Origin: Negaprion brevirostris
Lineage: Eukaryota
Direction of reading: 5' to 3'
Length of the DNA stretch: 64,000 nt
Assembly: GCA_030324005.1 (NCBI GenBank)
Contig: JARDVH010000025.1
Span: 99,362,798 to 99,426,797, forward strand
Part shown: positions 1 to 11,021 of the stretch, piece by piece
How positions within the stretch are numbered: position 1 is the stretch's first letter
Layout of the letters: each line of letters starts with the position of its first letter
The notes under the pieces: model-generated
Databases searched by the model: none
Told to the model about the DNA's origin: nothing
Seen by the model: the letters and a program-made list of their open reading frames with translations, nothing else
Position numbers and translations under genes: made by a program

Positions 1-479
1 CCTTTATGGTTCTGACAAGCTTTAAATTCCAGAGGAGTCAACAACGACTATCCCAACAATCAAATCTGTGGAATTTGTGGCCCATCTCCAGCTCTGCATC
101 ACAGAGAAAGAAATGGAAAAGGAAGAGAAATAACTTGATGGTTTCATTGAAATCAGTTGGGTGTTTGAATCTATGATGTCAGCTTTACTGTCAATGTTTA
201 TCTACACCATAGACATGATTTTGAATTCCCAGTTATCTTCATTATGTAGTCATCTCCAATGGTGCCTCTTGCCTGCCCAGTGACGATCAGTGTGGATGTA
301 ACAGGTGTAACAAGAGTCGAAAAAGAGCAGTGAGATGGAGGGATTATTGACTGTGGGAATACTTTGTGTTGGTAGAGTTCAACATTGGTGTGTCACATGG
401 CTAGACACATGGTGGTTCGCAGAATTATGCCTGTATGAGTCATCTTGACTATCTCTGGCAGAAAGGTGCCAGTTCTAGT

Positions 480-1275
480 CATATCATGCATCCTCCCCTC
501 CTACTGTTCCTCCTCCTTTTGTCCTCACCTTCTTGCCTCTACATTTCTTGTTCTCATTGCTACATTACATTGTGCAATGCACAACAGAGCATCACCGATT
601 TGGACACACTTCTTGGTGCTTACGAAATGGTGTCCCAGATCTGTCTCGGCTCCTGAATCATATCTTCAACCACTCGGTCATCCTTGCCTCCAAGGAGCTG
701 TCCGTTGACTCTGCGACAAGGTGTAGGGAGATTTGACTCACGCAGGAAGAAAACACCATCTTAGCTTCCAAGAAATGTTGCGTGGACATGCCCGATAATT
801 TTCCTGCGCTCACATATTAGCGGAACATGGGAATGGAATCTGTTTTGATTGATAGGTACACCTGATTGATCTGAGGGCACCTTGATTGGTGCAAGCGACT
901 CCCTAGAGTTTGTGAGAATCCAGTGCAGAAAATCTAAGGGTTGTTCTGACTGCCCTCATCAATAGCAAAGTGACTGTGAATGGTCACTTTGGCAAATGTG
1001 ACATTGGTCACCTGAGAGGTGCACTTGTGCATGGCATGTCGTGAAATCCTGCNNNNNNNNNNGTCACCTACAGACCCCTGGGAAGAAAAGAACTTTCAAG
1101 GCTGTGCTGATCTTGTTGGCTGCTGACAGTGTGTGTTCACCTGCCCTGTTTGGAGGATGATCAAGCACCAGGAGGCTGCAGATGTCAGAGTGACCTGCTG
1201 TGAAATTCTAAGTCTCTTTAAGGCATTGTTGTTCAGTCACATCCAGAAAGCTGACCTTTTTACATATCTTATGTT
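480..1275 (-). pseudogene. Decayed PIF/Harbinger (HARBI1-like DDE) transposase, with frameshifts and stops
   Basis: Manual minus-strand translation gives collinear motifs VSFLDVTEQQCLK-RLRISQQV..DICSLL, HTLSAANKISTAL..SQGSVGD..GISRHAMHKCTSQVTN, INQNRFHSHVPLICERRKIIGHVHATFLGS*DGVFFLRES, LKI*FRSRDRSG and PRSVSKSVMLCCALHN, followed by a purine-rich tail. These follow the vertebrate Harbinger transposase pattern (SFLDMSEEQCLRRLR...NRKGFHSLNVQLVCD...LKMRFRCLDRSGG...CCALHN). Confidence 0.85.
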
Positions 1276-1699
1276 CAAAGTATTGCCTCATTTGACTGTA
1301 GCAATACGATAATCTCTACTGTCCGTTGGAGCCAAAGGAGAGGACAGTTGCTGGTGCTGTTTGTGATGTTCATGTTGTTTCTCTTATTTCTCGTCAAGAG
1401 GCCCAGAGCAGAATTGCCTAAGTGGTTGACAGCAGGGAAGTGTAGATCAAAGGGAAAAAGTCCAAACATAGCAGAAGTGACCTGCAAAGTGTTAGAAATC
1501 ACCTCTAAATTCTCAGAACAAATCCTGAGAGTGCAAGCCTTTCACGAAAGCAAGGAAGCTGTCATAGTTCTGTGTTTAAAGGCTTTCCAACCTGTCAGTT
1601 ACCCTGTCAATCTCCACTTGGCTCTCACCATGTTGTAACTTGAGTTTCAGAAATCCAGAATGCAGGGTTAAATGCTTTTTACATATTTAAACCTCAGAC

Positions 1700-1886
1700 T
1701 TGCATGATTTGCATGGGAAACCCAGTGGAACCAATGGGAAACACGTAGCAGTTAAGCGAGGAAGGCAGTGGATGGGATTTTCTGGTCAGAAACTGGAAAA
1801 TCCCGCCCAAGGTCAACAGACCTTTCCCTGGCCTGTCTCTTGCCCATTTCAACTCCGGTGGTGGCTGGGATGGTAAAATTCGCCCC
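1700..1886. mobile_element. MITE or Harbinger-type terminus (GGGCGGRATTTT-type TIR family)
   Basis: Contains gggattttc...gaaaatcccgccc and ends ggtaaaattcgcccc. The internal segment is the reverse complement of 5660-5700. Confidence 0.55.
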
Positions 1887-2759
1887 ATTGGCTTTCCACT
1901 GGGTTCTCGACATTTTGCCATTTTTTAAATCTTGAACTCGCTGTACCAGATTAAAATTACCGTTTTTGTCTCCCACTCTCCCAGTAAACTAACAACTCGT
2001 GTGGCCATTTTACTTCCAATTCTGTTGTATTTCCGGGTCATCTCTGCTGAACATTTTTATGATATGTTTTCTTGAAGATCAGACAGATAACATTCATAGA
2101 TGCTCCTTTATCCACCGCACTAGTGATCTCCTCAAATAAGTTACTTGGGCATATAACCTGCCCTTGACAAATTCACACGAATTCATCCTGCCCGATAACT
2201 TCAAACGCTCAGTGATTGATTCCAGCAATTTAACCACACTGATGTTAAGCTGACAGTTACCAGGCTTCTCCTTCCCGCCCCCCACTCCGACTTTCTATTA
2301 TAAGTAAAATAAAAACGAAGTGCATTTATTTATATATAAGTTGTTTAAGTACATAAAAGTGCTTTTAGGAATATTAAATTGCCAGTAATTTTCTAATTAA
2401 GATTAAGAAACTTGGATGTGCTTCCTGCTGGCAATAAAAGGTTGGAGAGGGGAAAAGGAGACAATTTTGGAATTACCTCAGGGCACACAGCCATAGCGTT
2501 ACATAAATTTAAGGACAAAATATTAAGTGTGAAGTAATTGTTTTGGGACATTTAACGGTGCTAAATAACTGTAAATTGCTCATAAATTTCTGAGGAAAAT
2601 GTAAACTTCATCAGCTTTGAATTAATATTGAGGCATGGATGTTAGCTCAGAAAATTCTTGCCATATTTAGAAGTTTTGCTATATTGCAAGTAGATGGGAA
2701 AATTGCATCCTGAAACATTTTTAAACAAGGTTAACTGCTTATATTGAAGGGGAATAAAA

Positions 2760-3180
2760 CAACTTAGATTTATATAACACTTTTCACGACTACCAGAGTA
2801 AAGCAAATCACTTTGTAGCGAACGAAGTCCTTTTTTTGAAATGTAGACCTGTTGTGATGTAAGAAATGTGGTACATGGCAAATCCCCTCACACAGCAGAG
2901 TGATAATAATGAGATAAGCTGCTTTTGTAATGTTGATTGAGAGGCTCAATTTTGTCATGGACATCAGGGATGAGTCTTCTCTTCAAATTGGTTCCGTGAG
3001 TTTTTTTTTTCCATTCACCTGAGCAGGTGGACATTGGCTTAATGCATCATCCAAAAGAATGCACCTTCAACAGCATAGCACTCCCTCAGTGCTGCACTGG
3101 AATGTCAGCCTTGATTCAAACTCTGGGGTCAGATTTGAAACTGGAACCTTGTGACTCAGCGGCAATTGAACCACAGCCGA
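2760..3180 (-). mobile_element. DeuSINE (SacSINE1-like)
   Basis: Deu-domain-like text on the minus strand (ctcaggtgaat...gaagagaagactcatccctgatgtcc...cctctcaatcaacattac) and a 3' tail resembling gtcgtgaaaagtgttatataaat. Confidence 0.75.
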
Positions 3181-3229
3181 TCCTGCAAACTAACTCCATA
3201 TATCCCACCTGTCCTCTTGTCCTGTAATA

Positions 3230-3610
3230 GATTTACAAAAATCTATCAATCTCAGTTTTCATATAAATAATTGATTTGCCATCAATTGCCATTTGCAGAA
3301 GATAATTCCAAACTTCTATCATCTTCTGAGTGTATATGTACTTCTGAATTTTATTCCTGAAAGATGTGGCTCTGATTTTTAAACTATTCCCTGGCCCTAA
3401 ACTCCACAACCAGTGGAAATAATTTCTCTCCATCTGCTCTATCTTTGTCCCTCTTAATATCTTGAAAACTTTGATCAAGTGAGCCCTCAATGTATTGAAT
3501 CCTAGGGAATGCAATGGTAGCTTGTGTAATTTCTCCGTGTGATTTTGCCTTTGGAATCCAGGTTTCATTTTGATAAATTTTATGCTATATGTCCTCCAAA
3601 ATTCATTCAT
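3230..3610 (-). mobile_element. CR1 LINE 3' fragment
   Basis: ORF 3233-3655 contains LRAHLIKVFKILRG...SLKIRATSFRNKIQKYIYTQKMIEVWNYL, the CR1 ORF2 C-terminal pattern. Confidence 0.8.
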
Positions 3611-3619
3611 TCTCTCCAC

Positions 3620-3965
3620 ATTGCTGTGCAAAGAAATGCTTGCAGTACTTTTCAAGTATCATTACTTTGTAGTGGGACAATTTAAATACAGCGAATTTGC
3701 ACAATTGGCAGTGTGATAATGATCATTTTGTTTTGATGATGCTTTGAAGATATATATTGGTTATGACACCAGGAGAACTCCCTTGCACTTCGGAGTAGCA
3801 CAATGGATTATTTTGCATCCACCTGAGAATGTAGTTGGGGCCTCTGCATAACTTTTCATCCAGATGGGGTACTTTGAACAATACTGTATTGATGTGCCTG
3901 CCTAGATTTTCGACTCTGGAATGAAGCCAGAAACTTCACACTTAGTTGAGTATTACCTTTGGCTG
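3620..3965 (-). mobile_element. DeuSINE, older copy
   Basis: gacaccaggagaactcccttgcact...gcatccacctgaga matches the Deu-domain text at 2960-3025. Confidence 0.6.
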
Positions 3966-4114
3966 ACACCACATTAAGAAATTCTTTAAAGACAAGTTGA
4001 CAACTTTATGACAGTTTGCAATTGCCCATCGATGAAAATTAAAGGTTTAGATTCTGTTGAAGAATTTGAAGAAACATCTCTTGGGCAAAGTCGGGAAAGC
4101 CATTATGGGTGCAA

Positions 4115-4440
4115 CATGAGGAGATGACAGTATTGTTGTAATGTCATTGAACTAGTAATCCAGAGGTCTAGGCTAATGGTCTGGGACACATGAATTCCAA
4201 ACACACTCTTGGCAGCTGGTGCAATTTAAATCCAGTGCAAAAAACCTGAAATATAAAGGTATTCTCAGCAATAGNNNNNNNNNNTCATACAAACCCATCT
4301 GGTTTGCTGATGTTATATAACAGGGAGATCTGCCATCCTTACCTGCTCAGGCCTACATGTGACTCCAGATCCACAGTAATGTGGTGAACTCTTAACTGCC
4401 CTCTGAAATGGCCTAGCAAGCTACCCAGTTCAAGGATAGA
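4115..4440 (+). mobile_element. tRNA-derived SINE (aaacccatctggtt...gtgactccagatccacag family)
   Basis: Head actagtaatccagag and core aaacccatctggtt...cctacatgtgactccag...cttaactgccctctgaaatggcctagcaag. The family recurs at 13660, 47960 and 57660. Confidence 0.75.
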
Positions 4441-4481
4441 ATTTTCCATTCTTAGCACAGTGCTGGCTGAGGCAAGAGAAC

Positions 4482-4932
4482 CGGCGTGCCCTGTGGTTAG
4501 CACTGCTGCCTCACACATCAGAGACCCGGGTTCGACTCCGGCCTCCAATGGGGGTACCATAAGCATAGACATGGCTCAAGGGTGGAGGAGGAAAAGCACA
4601 TTGTTAAAACGGTGGCACGGGTTCGTTGGGCCAAAGGGCCTGTTTCCCGTGTTGTTTTCTTCTTTGTTCTCACATGTCTGTCAGTGTGGCATTTGCACGT
4701 TCTCCCCATGTCTCCGTGAGTTTCCTCCAGGTGATCCAGTTTTTTTCCCAGACTCGAAAGATGTGTGGGTTAAGTGGATTGGACATGCTAAATTGCACCT
4801 TAGTATCCCAAGATGTGGAGGCTGGGGGCATTAGTGGGGTGACAGGGTTAGGATCCGGGTGGGATGCTCTGTTGGAGAATTGGTGCAGACTCGATGAGCT
4901 GAAAGGCCTGCTTCTGCACTGTAGGGGTTCTG
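4482..4932 (+). mobile_element. HE1-type V-SINE interrupted by a LINE 3' tail
   Basis: A-box/B-box head (gtggttagcactgctgcctcac...gggttcgactcc), V-domain (tttgcacgttctcccc...ttcctccagg) and a CR1-type tail (ggcctgcttctgcactgtagg). Confidence 0.85.
4547..4675 (+). mobile_element. CR1-type 3' tail nested in the V-SINE
   Basis: gggttcgttgggccaaagggcctgtttcccgtgttgttttcttc is nearly identical to the reverse complement of 26620-26680. Confidence 0.65.
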
Positions 4933-5218
4933 TGACAGATAATCTAGCACTCTATGCAGAAAAAAATCTGGAAGCACGGCCCTCTCAGTCATGCTGGTGG
5001 GACAGAGTCAAAAAAAAATGCCGGAGCTGGGAATCCCAACCCAAAATTAGTGTATCGTTTTTTTAACAGACATCACAATGTACGATAAGCAACATCATAC
5101 ATTGATGTATGAATCAATGGGGACCTCCCCACACACACAGGGAGACCTCCCCGACTGAGGTGCGCAAAGGGAACCCATTCACACACACAAGAGCAACACA
5201 CTTGTGCCAAGGGACTGT

Positions 5219-5234
5219 GTCGCCCCCTGGTGGT
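5219..5234 (-). promoter_or_regulatory. CTCF motif match
   Basis: Minus strand ACCACCAGGGGGCGAC versus consensus CCACCAGGGGGCGC. Confidence 0.4.
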
Positions 5235-6559
5235 TCCCTTCACCTGGTTCCCATTTTTGAAAAGCAGTTGTAAACGGAGTTGATGTCACCGTGTCAGCGA
5301 GGGCGGAATTCCAAATGTGGGGGAACAATACGGCAAGGAAGCCTGCTAATAATATTTAAATTTCTTGGAATGAAGTTTCCGGCCTTTCTTCATTACGTCA
5401 CAGGTAGTGGATGGGGAGAATCAGAAAATGAGATTCGGCTGGTGAGATTCACATTTTTCCAAGTCTTGCAATGTTTTGCGCCCACATCGCCGTTCACACT
5501 AAGTGCCGGCACAAAATCGCAGCCCAAGAGTAATTAGGGATGAACAACAAAATGCTGGCCTTACCAACCATACCCACATCCCCTGAAAGAATAAAAAAGA
5601 CATTGGCTGGCACTCAACCTCCTCACCCGCCATGGAATTGGAGCAGGCGAGGGTCTGACAACGGAAATCTCCGTTGACCTTGGGTGGGAAATTCCAGTCT
5701 CACCCAAGCGAGGCTGCCCATTATAAGCAGCGCTCTGTATCAAGTCAACTGTTGTGCATTACTGATGAAGAAAATGTATTTCCTGTTACTTTCCAATGCT
5801 CTCAGAGTGCACATTTAAGCAGTTTTACCTGCAGTCAAATCTCAATGACAAACTGTTGTTGATAATTGAATTTTTATAATGTTCAGAGGAATAATGTTTC
5901 AGATAATTTGCTCTTGGTTCATTGTTAAATGTGGGGATTTATTTCAATCCAGAAAGGTTGCGACTGTAATCTAAAGAATACCCTTCTGTAATGATAAATA
6001 TCTAAAAAGGGTCAAATTTTACAATCAAAATAACAGTGAGGTTAATATCACTCTCTGTTAAATAGCATGGCAGGTTGAAACGCGAAGATGATGTGCATTT
6101 AAATGTCAGTAGCTAAAAGCTATGGTCTAAGATGGCCTGTTTGATTGCGCGCTGTATTGAAAGAGCATCACTTTGCCTGTCTCATCACAGGAATGTATTG
6201 AATGGTGTGTGGCTGTTGTGATTGTGTACTCGATCCAAAATCCTATCATTTCAAACCTAAACCCATATTTAACAATGTGATAATTGTTAATTATTGCCAA
6301 TTAACCTTTCTGGCACTGGAAACTATTTCAAGCAATGCTGCCTCGAAGCTTTCTTTGATGCGTTCAGCCAGATGGTTACACGGCAGGATCTTTTTAAGAT
6401 TGGTACATGGTTGTGCGCGCAGCTTGGATGGAACATTGATTAAAATTATGGANNNNNNNNNNTTCTCTCACTCCAACCTTGCTTTATTTAGTTTCTGTAC
6501 CAAATATTGAATTCAATCCCTTCAATTCAGTCCTTCCATGGTTCATTTTTAAATCCTTC

Positions 6560-6932
6560 AATTTATATTATTCGTTCCTGGGTTGTGAGCACCACTGAAA
6601 AGGCCAGATTTGCTATCCTTCCCAAATTGCCCTTGAGAAGTTGGTAGTGAGCTGTCTTTTTGAGCTGCTGCTGTCTATTTGGTTTAAGTGCATGAATGGT
6701 GCGAGGGAATTCCAGGAATGGTGAAAGAGTTCCATGTCAGGCTGGTGTGTGGTTCAACTTGTGGTTGTAGTGTCTTGCATGCATTTGCTGCCCTTGTCTT
6801 TCTAGGTAGTCACAGGTCTGGAACGTTCTGTCGAAGAAGCTTTGATGCGCCTTGTCGACGATTTCCAGTCAATCGTAGTCCCTGGGATATTGATTGTGGG
6901 GGATTCAATATTTCTAATGCTGTAGAATGCCA
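6560..6932 (-). mobile_element. CR1-clade LINE 3' end (family B)
   Basis: aattgcccttgagaagttggtagtgagctg is the reverse complement of the tail seen at 33420-33520 and 35237-35330. Confidence 0.7.
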
Positions 6933-8539
6933 NNNNNNNNNNNNNNNNNNNNNNNNNNNNNNNNNNNNNNNNNNNNNNNNNNNNNNNNNNNNNNNNNNNN
7001 NNNNNNNNNNNNNNNNNNNNNNNNNNNNNNNNNNNNNNNNNNNNNNNNNNNNNNNNNNNNNNNNNNNNNNNNNNNNNNNNNNNNNNNNNNNNNNNNNNNN
7101 NNNNAGCACCCTACCCAGTGTTCTCCCACCCCGCTCCACCCATCTCTCCTCCTAACAATGCATCTTCTCTCCATTGAAGAGTGTACAGAGATGGATTTAT
7201 GAGTTTGATCAGAAGACTATATGAAACAATATATCTTCTGAATGATACAAAAGCTTACTAAATAACTGATGTACAGTTCCATTTAAATGGTGAGCACAAC
7301 ATTGATAGTTCGGGGAAAAAGTAAGTATAATCTTGTTTCAATGAGTAAATCCAAGTCTTGGGAATGTCACAGAGAGATCTTTAAGATATCCATCAAAATT
7401 TAAAGTAGTATCTACCTGAAATTCCTGAGCACAAAATTACCAAGTCTCAAGGGTACCTTTATCCCAATTAATGGGAGAAGCAAGGTGAATTCTATGCATT
7501 CACCTTTGAGATGCTGGAATGAATCTAATGAATCTACAAATCTTACTTTGTGGTTCCAGTATTTATAGCATCAAATAATTGAACAGAGCAGAAAACATAT
7601 TGAGTGTGCATGCTGGACTGTACCCTTTTTGTTAACCATGTTCATTCTAATCAACATCCTGCAAGCAAACAGTGCAGATAGTGGTCACTGCAGTGAGTTC
7701 CCAGGATTCAGTTGACAAGTTATTTCAGGTCATTCATAACGTTCCCCATTGCTGGATTGTAATATTTTACAATTTATCACTGCCTTGCTGGGGTGATGAA
7801 GAGGCCAGTTCCCATCTTTTTTCAGAATTGCCTTGTGTTGTTGTCCTTACGCGCACAATTATGCCAAGGCATGTTTCGAAATCTCTTGAAAATTTGTGCA
7901 GCAGAAGAATACTGAATTTACTTTTTAATTCCGATTTCTTTGAAGAATCACTCCTTTTAATATTCCTGATTCCTGGCTGGATTCTCTTATACCTCTGTAT
8001 CTATAATTGCGTTCCTTTACAACCGGCCCTGTGATTGAGAAAAATAAATAAATGTGGCCCCCTTTATGAAAACGTTGGACATTATTGCTGAAGCAAAGCA
8101 AATCTTCCAGTCTCCTCAAAAGTTGTATTTTTTCAATCCGGGTTCCAGCTTCCACTTGTGTTCCTGAAGGAGAGACATGGAGATTTTTAACCTGGAGCTG
8201 CTCTCTTTCTCTCTGCTGCACCCTGGCATAATAACTGTGGATTTTTAGGGACATCTTAACTTTCCTTCCCAAGCCCCTTTAAATGGAAGTGTGAATCACA
8301 CGTGCCCTGTATCCAGATGGAAATGCTGATTATTTACACTTGAGATCCTGAATTTCTTTTATCTTGGAAGCAAATAGATAATTGACAGCACAGCTGCTTA
8401 CAACCTGACATTCTCAACATTTTCCTGGAGCTTAAAAGACTCTCAATCTACCCATTGTTAGCACACACGAAGCTACCATGTCTCCAAGTGTAAGCACCTT
8501 GCACCTCCTTCCAAGTAAAACAATTTGGGCCCCCTCTTT

Positions 8540-8975
8540 TTCGGTGGAAGTGAGAGTTGTGAGGAGGATGCCAAGATGCTTAGTGATTCGGAAAGGCTAA
8601 GCAAGTGGGCAAAAGTTTGGCAGATGGAATATAACATGCAGAAATGTATGGTTATCCACTTTGGTTGGAAAAACAGATATACCGACTTGCTCAAATAATG
8701 AGAGATTATAGAACCTGAGAACGTAGTCACAGAGCAACTAGGACTGAGATTAAGAGAAAGAGGGAATGCCATTTATCTTTGACATTCTCTATATTAAGGG
8801 ACTGTGGAGGTCTTGACTATGTCCAAGACTGAAATCAATAGATTTCTACAAATAATCAAAGGATCATGCAAGAAAAAGATGTTTAAGTGAAAGATCAGCC
8901 ATGATCTTACTGAAGGGTGGAGTGGGCTTGAGGGGCTGAATGGCTGACTCTTACTTCTATTTTCTATATTATGTT
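8540..8975 (+). mobile_element. CR1 LINE fragment
   Basis: gagttgtgaggaggatgc...tggcagatggaatataac...gttatccactttgg (WQMEYN..KC.VIHFG) plus a 3' UTR agatcagccatgatctt...gaggggctgaatggc. Confidence 0.75.
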
Positions 8976-9014
8976 TTAACAATCAAACCATCCAGACTGG
9001 CTGTCTGTTAGCAT

Positions 9015-11021
9015 GATGTGGGGATGCCAGCTTTGGACTGGGGGAAACGCAGTAAGAAGTCTCACAACACCAGGTTAAAGTCCAACAGGTTTATTTGGTA
9101 GCAAAATCCACTAGCTTGCGGAGCACTGCTCTTTTACCAGGTAAGTGAGAGTTCTGTTCACAAACAGGGCATGTGAAGATACAAACTCAATTTACAAAGT
9201 TGTGGTTGGAATGTGAATCTTTACAGGTAATCAAGTCTTAAAGGTACAGATAATGTGAGTGGAGAAAGCATTAAATGCAGGTTAAAGAGATGTGTATTGT
9301 CTCTGGACAGAACAGTTAGTGAGATTTTGCAAGCCCAGGCAAGTCATGAGGGTTACAGATAGTGTGACATGAACCCAAGATCCCGATTGAGGCCGTTCTC
9401 GTGTATGGAACTTGGCTATCGGTCTCTGCTCAGTGACTCTGCGCTGTCGTGTGTCGTAAAGGCCGCATTGGAGAAGGTTACCCTAAGATCAGAGGCCGAG
9501 TGCCCATGTCCGCTGAAGTGTTCCCCAAAAGGAAGAGAACACACTTGCCTGGTGATTGTCGAGCGGTGATCATTCATCCGTTGTCGTAGTGTCTGCATGG
9601 TCTGTCCAATGTACCATGCCGCTGGACATCCTTTTCTGCAGCTATTAGGTAGACAACATTGGCCAAGTTGCAAGAGTATGTACCATGTACCTGGTGGATG
9701 GTGTTCTCACGTGAGATGATGGCATCCATGTCGGTGATCTGGCATGTCTTGCTGTGGTAGTGTTGTGTGGTGTCATGGCCACTGTTCCTCTGAAGGCTGG
9801 GTAGTTTGCAGCGGACAATGGTCTGTTTGAGGTTGTGTGGTTGTTTGAAGGCAAGAAATGGGGATGTGGGGATGGCCTTGGAGAGATGTTCGTCTTCATC
9901 AATGATATGTTGAAGGCTCCAGAGAAGTTGTCATAGCTTCTTTGCTCTTTGGAAAGACTGGACGACAAAGGATACTCTGTCCGCTGTGTCCCTTCTGTGG
10001 AGGTCGGTGTGGTTTTTGGTTGTGNNNNNNNNNNNNNNNNNNNNNNNNNNNNNNNNNNNNNNNNNNNNNNNNNNNNNNNNNNNNNNNNNNNNNNNNNNNN
10101 NNNNNNNNNNNNNNNNNNNNNNNNNNNNNNNNNNNNNNNNNNNNNNNNNNNNNNNNNNNNNNNNNNNNNNNNNNNNNNNNNNNNNNNNNNNNNNNNNNNN
10201 NNNNNNNNNNNNNNNNNNNNNNNNNNNNNNNNNNNNNNNNNNNNNNNNNNNNNNNNNNNNNNNNNNNNNNNNNNNNNNNNNNNNNNNNNNNNNNNNNNNN
10301 NNNNNNNNNNNNNNNNNNNNNNNNNNNNNNNNNNNNNNNNNNNNNNNNNNNNNNNNNNNNNNNNNNNNNNNNNNNNNNNNNNNNNNNNNNNNNNNNNNNN
10401 NNNNNNNNNNNNNNNNNNNNNNNNNNNNNNNNNNNNNNNNNNNNNNNNNNNNNNNNNNNNNNNNNNNNNNNNNNNNNNNNNNNNNNNNNNNNNNNNNNNN
10501 NNNNNNNNNNNNNNNNNNNNNNNNNNNNNNNNNNNNNNNNNNNNNNNNNNNNNNNNNNNNNNNNNNNNNNNNNNNNNNNNNNNNNNNNNNNNNNNNNNNN
10601 NNNNNNNNNNNNNNNNNNNNNNNNNNNNNNNNNNNNNNNNNNNNNNNNNNNNNNNNNNNNNNNNNNNNNNNNNNNNNNNNNNNNNNNNNNNNNNNNNNNN
10701 NNNNNNNNNNNNNNNNNNNNNNNNNNNNNNNNNNNNNNNNNNNNNNNNNNNNNNNNNNNNNNNNNNNNNNNNNNNGACAATACATATCTCTTTAACCTGT
10801 GCTTAACCCTCTCTCCACTCACATTATCTGCACCTTTAAGACTTGATTACCTGAAAAGATTTGCATTCCAACCATTATTTTGTAAATTGAGTCTGCGTCT
10901 TTATATGCCCTGTTTGTGAACGGAACTCCCATTTAGCTGACGCAGTGCTCCGAAAGCTCGTGGCTTTTGCTACCAAATAATCCTGTTGGATTTTAAGCTG
11001 GTGTTGTGAGACTTCTTACTG
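9015..11021 (-). mobile_element. Penelope-like element (GIY-YIG endonuclease) with inverted pseudo-LTRs and a 13-bp TSD
   Basis: ORF 9416-9673 contains CRKGCPAAWYIGQTMQTLRQRMNDHR...LPFGEHFSGHGH. The pLTR at about 9050-9300 is the reverse complement of about 10776-11021. The flanks tgtctgttagcat (9002-9014) and tgtctgctagcat (11022-11034) match. The middle is an N gap. Confidence 0.9.

Noticed and set aside
4482-4545. tRNA-like A/B boxes here and at about 13440-13500, 13670-13745 and 17360-17425
   Set aside because: These are SINE heads followed by SINE bodies, with no complete cloverleaf.
7925-8272. 115-aa minus-strand ORF with protein-like composition
   Set aside because: No recognisable domain, a non-ATG start and no convincing splice boundaries. 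Possibly an old TE remnant.
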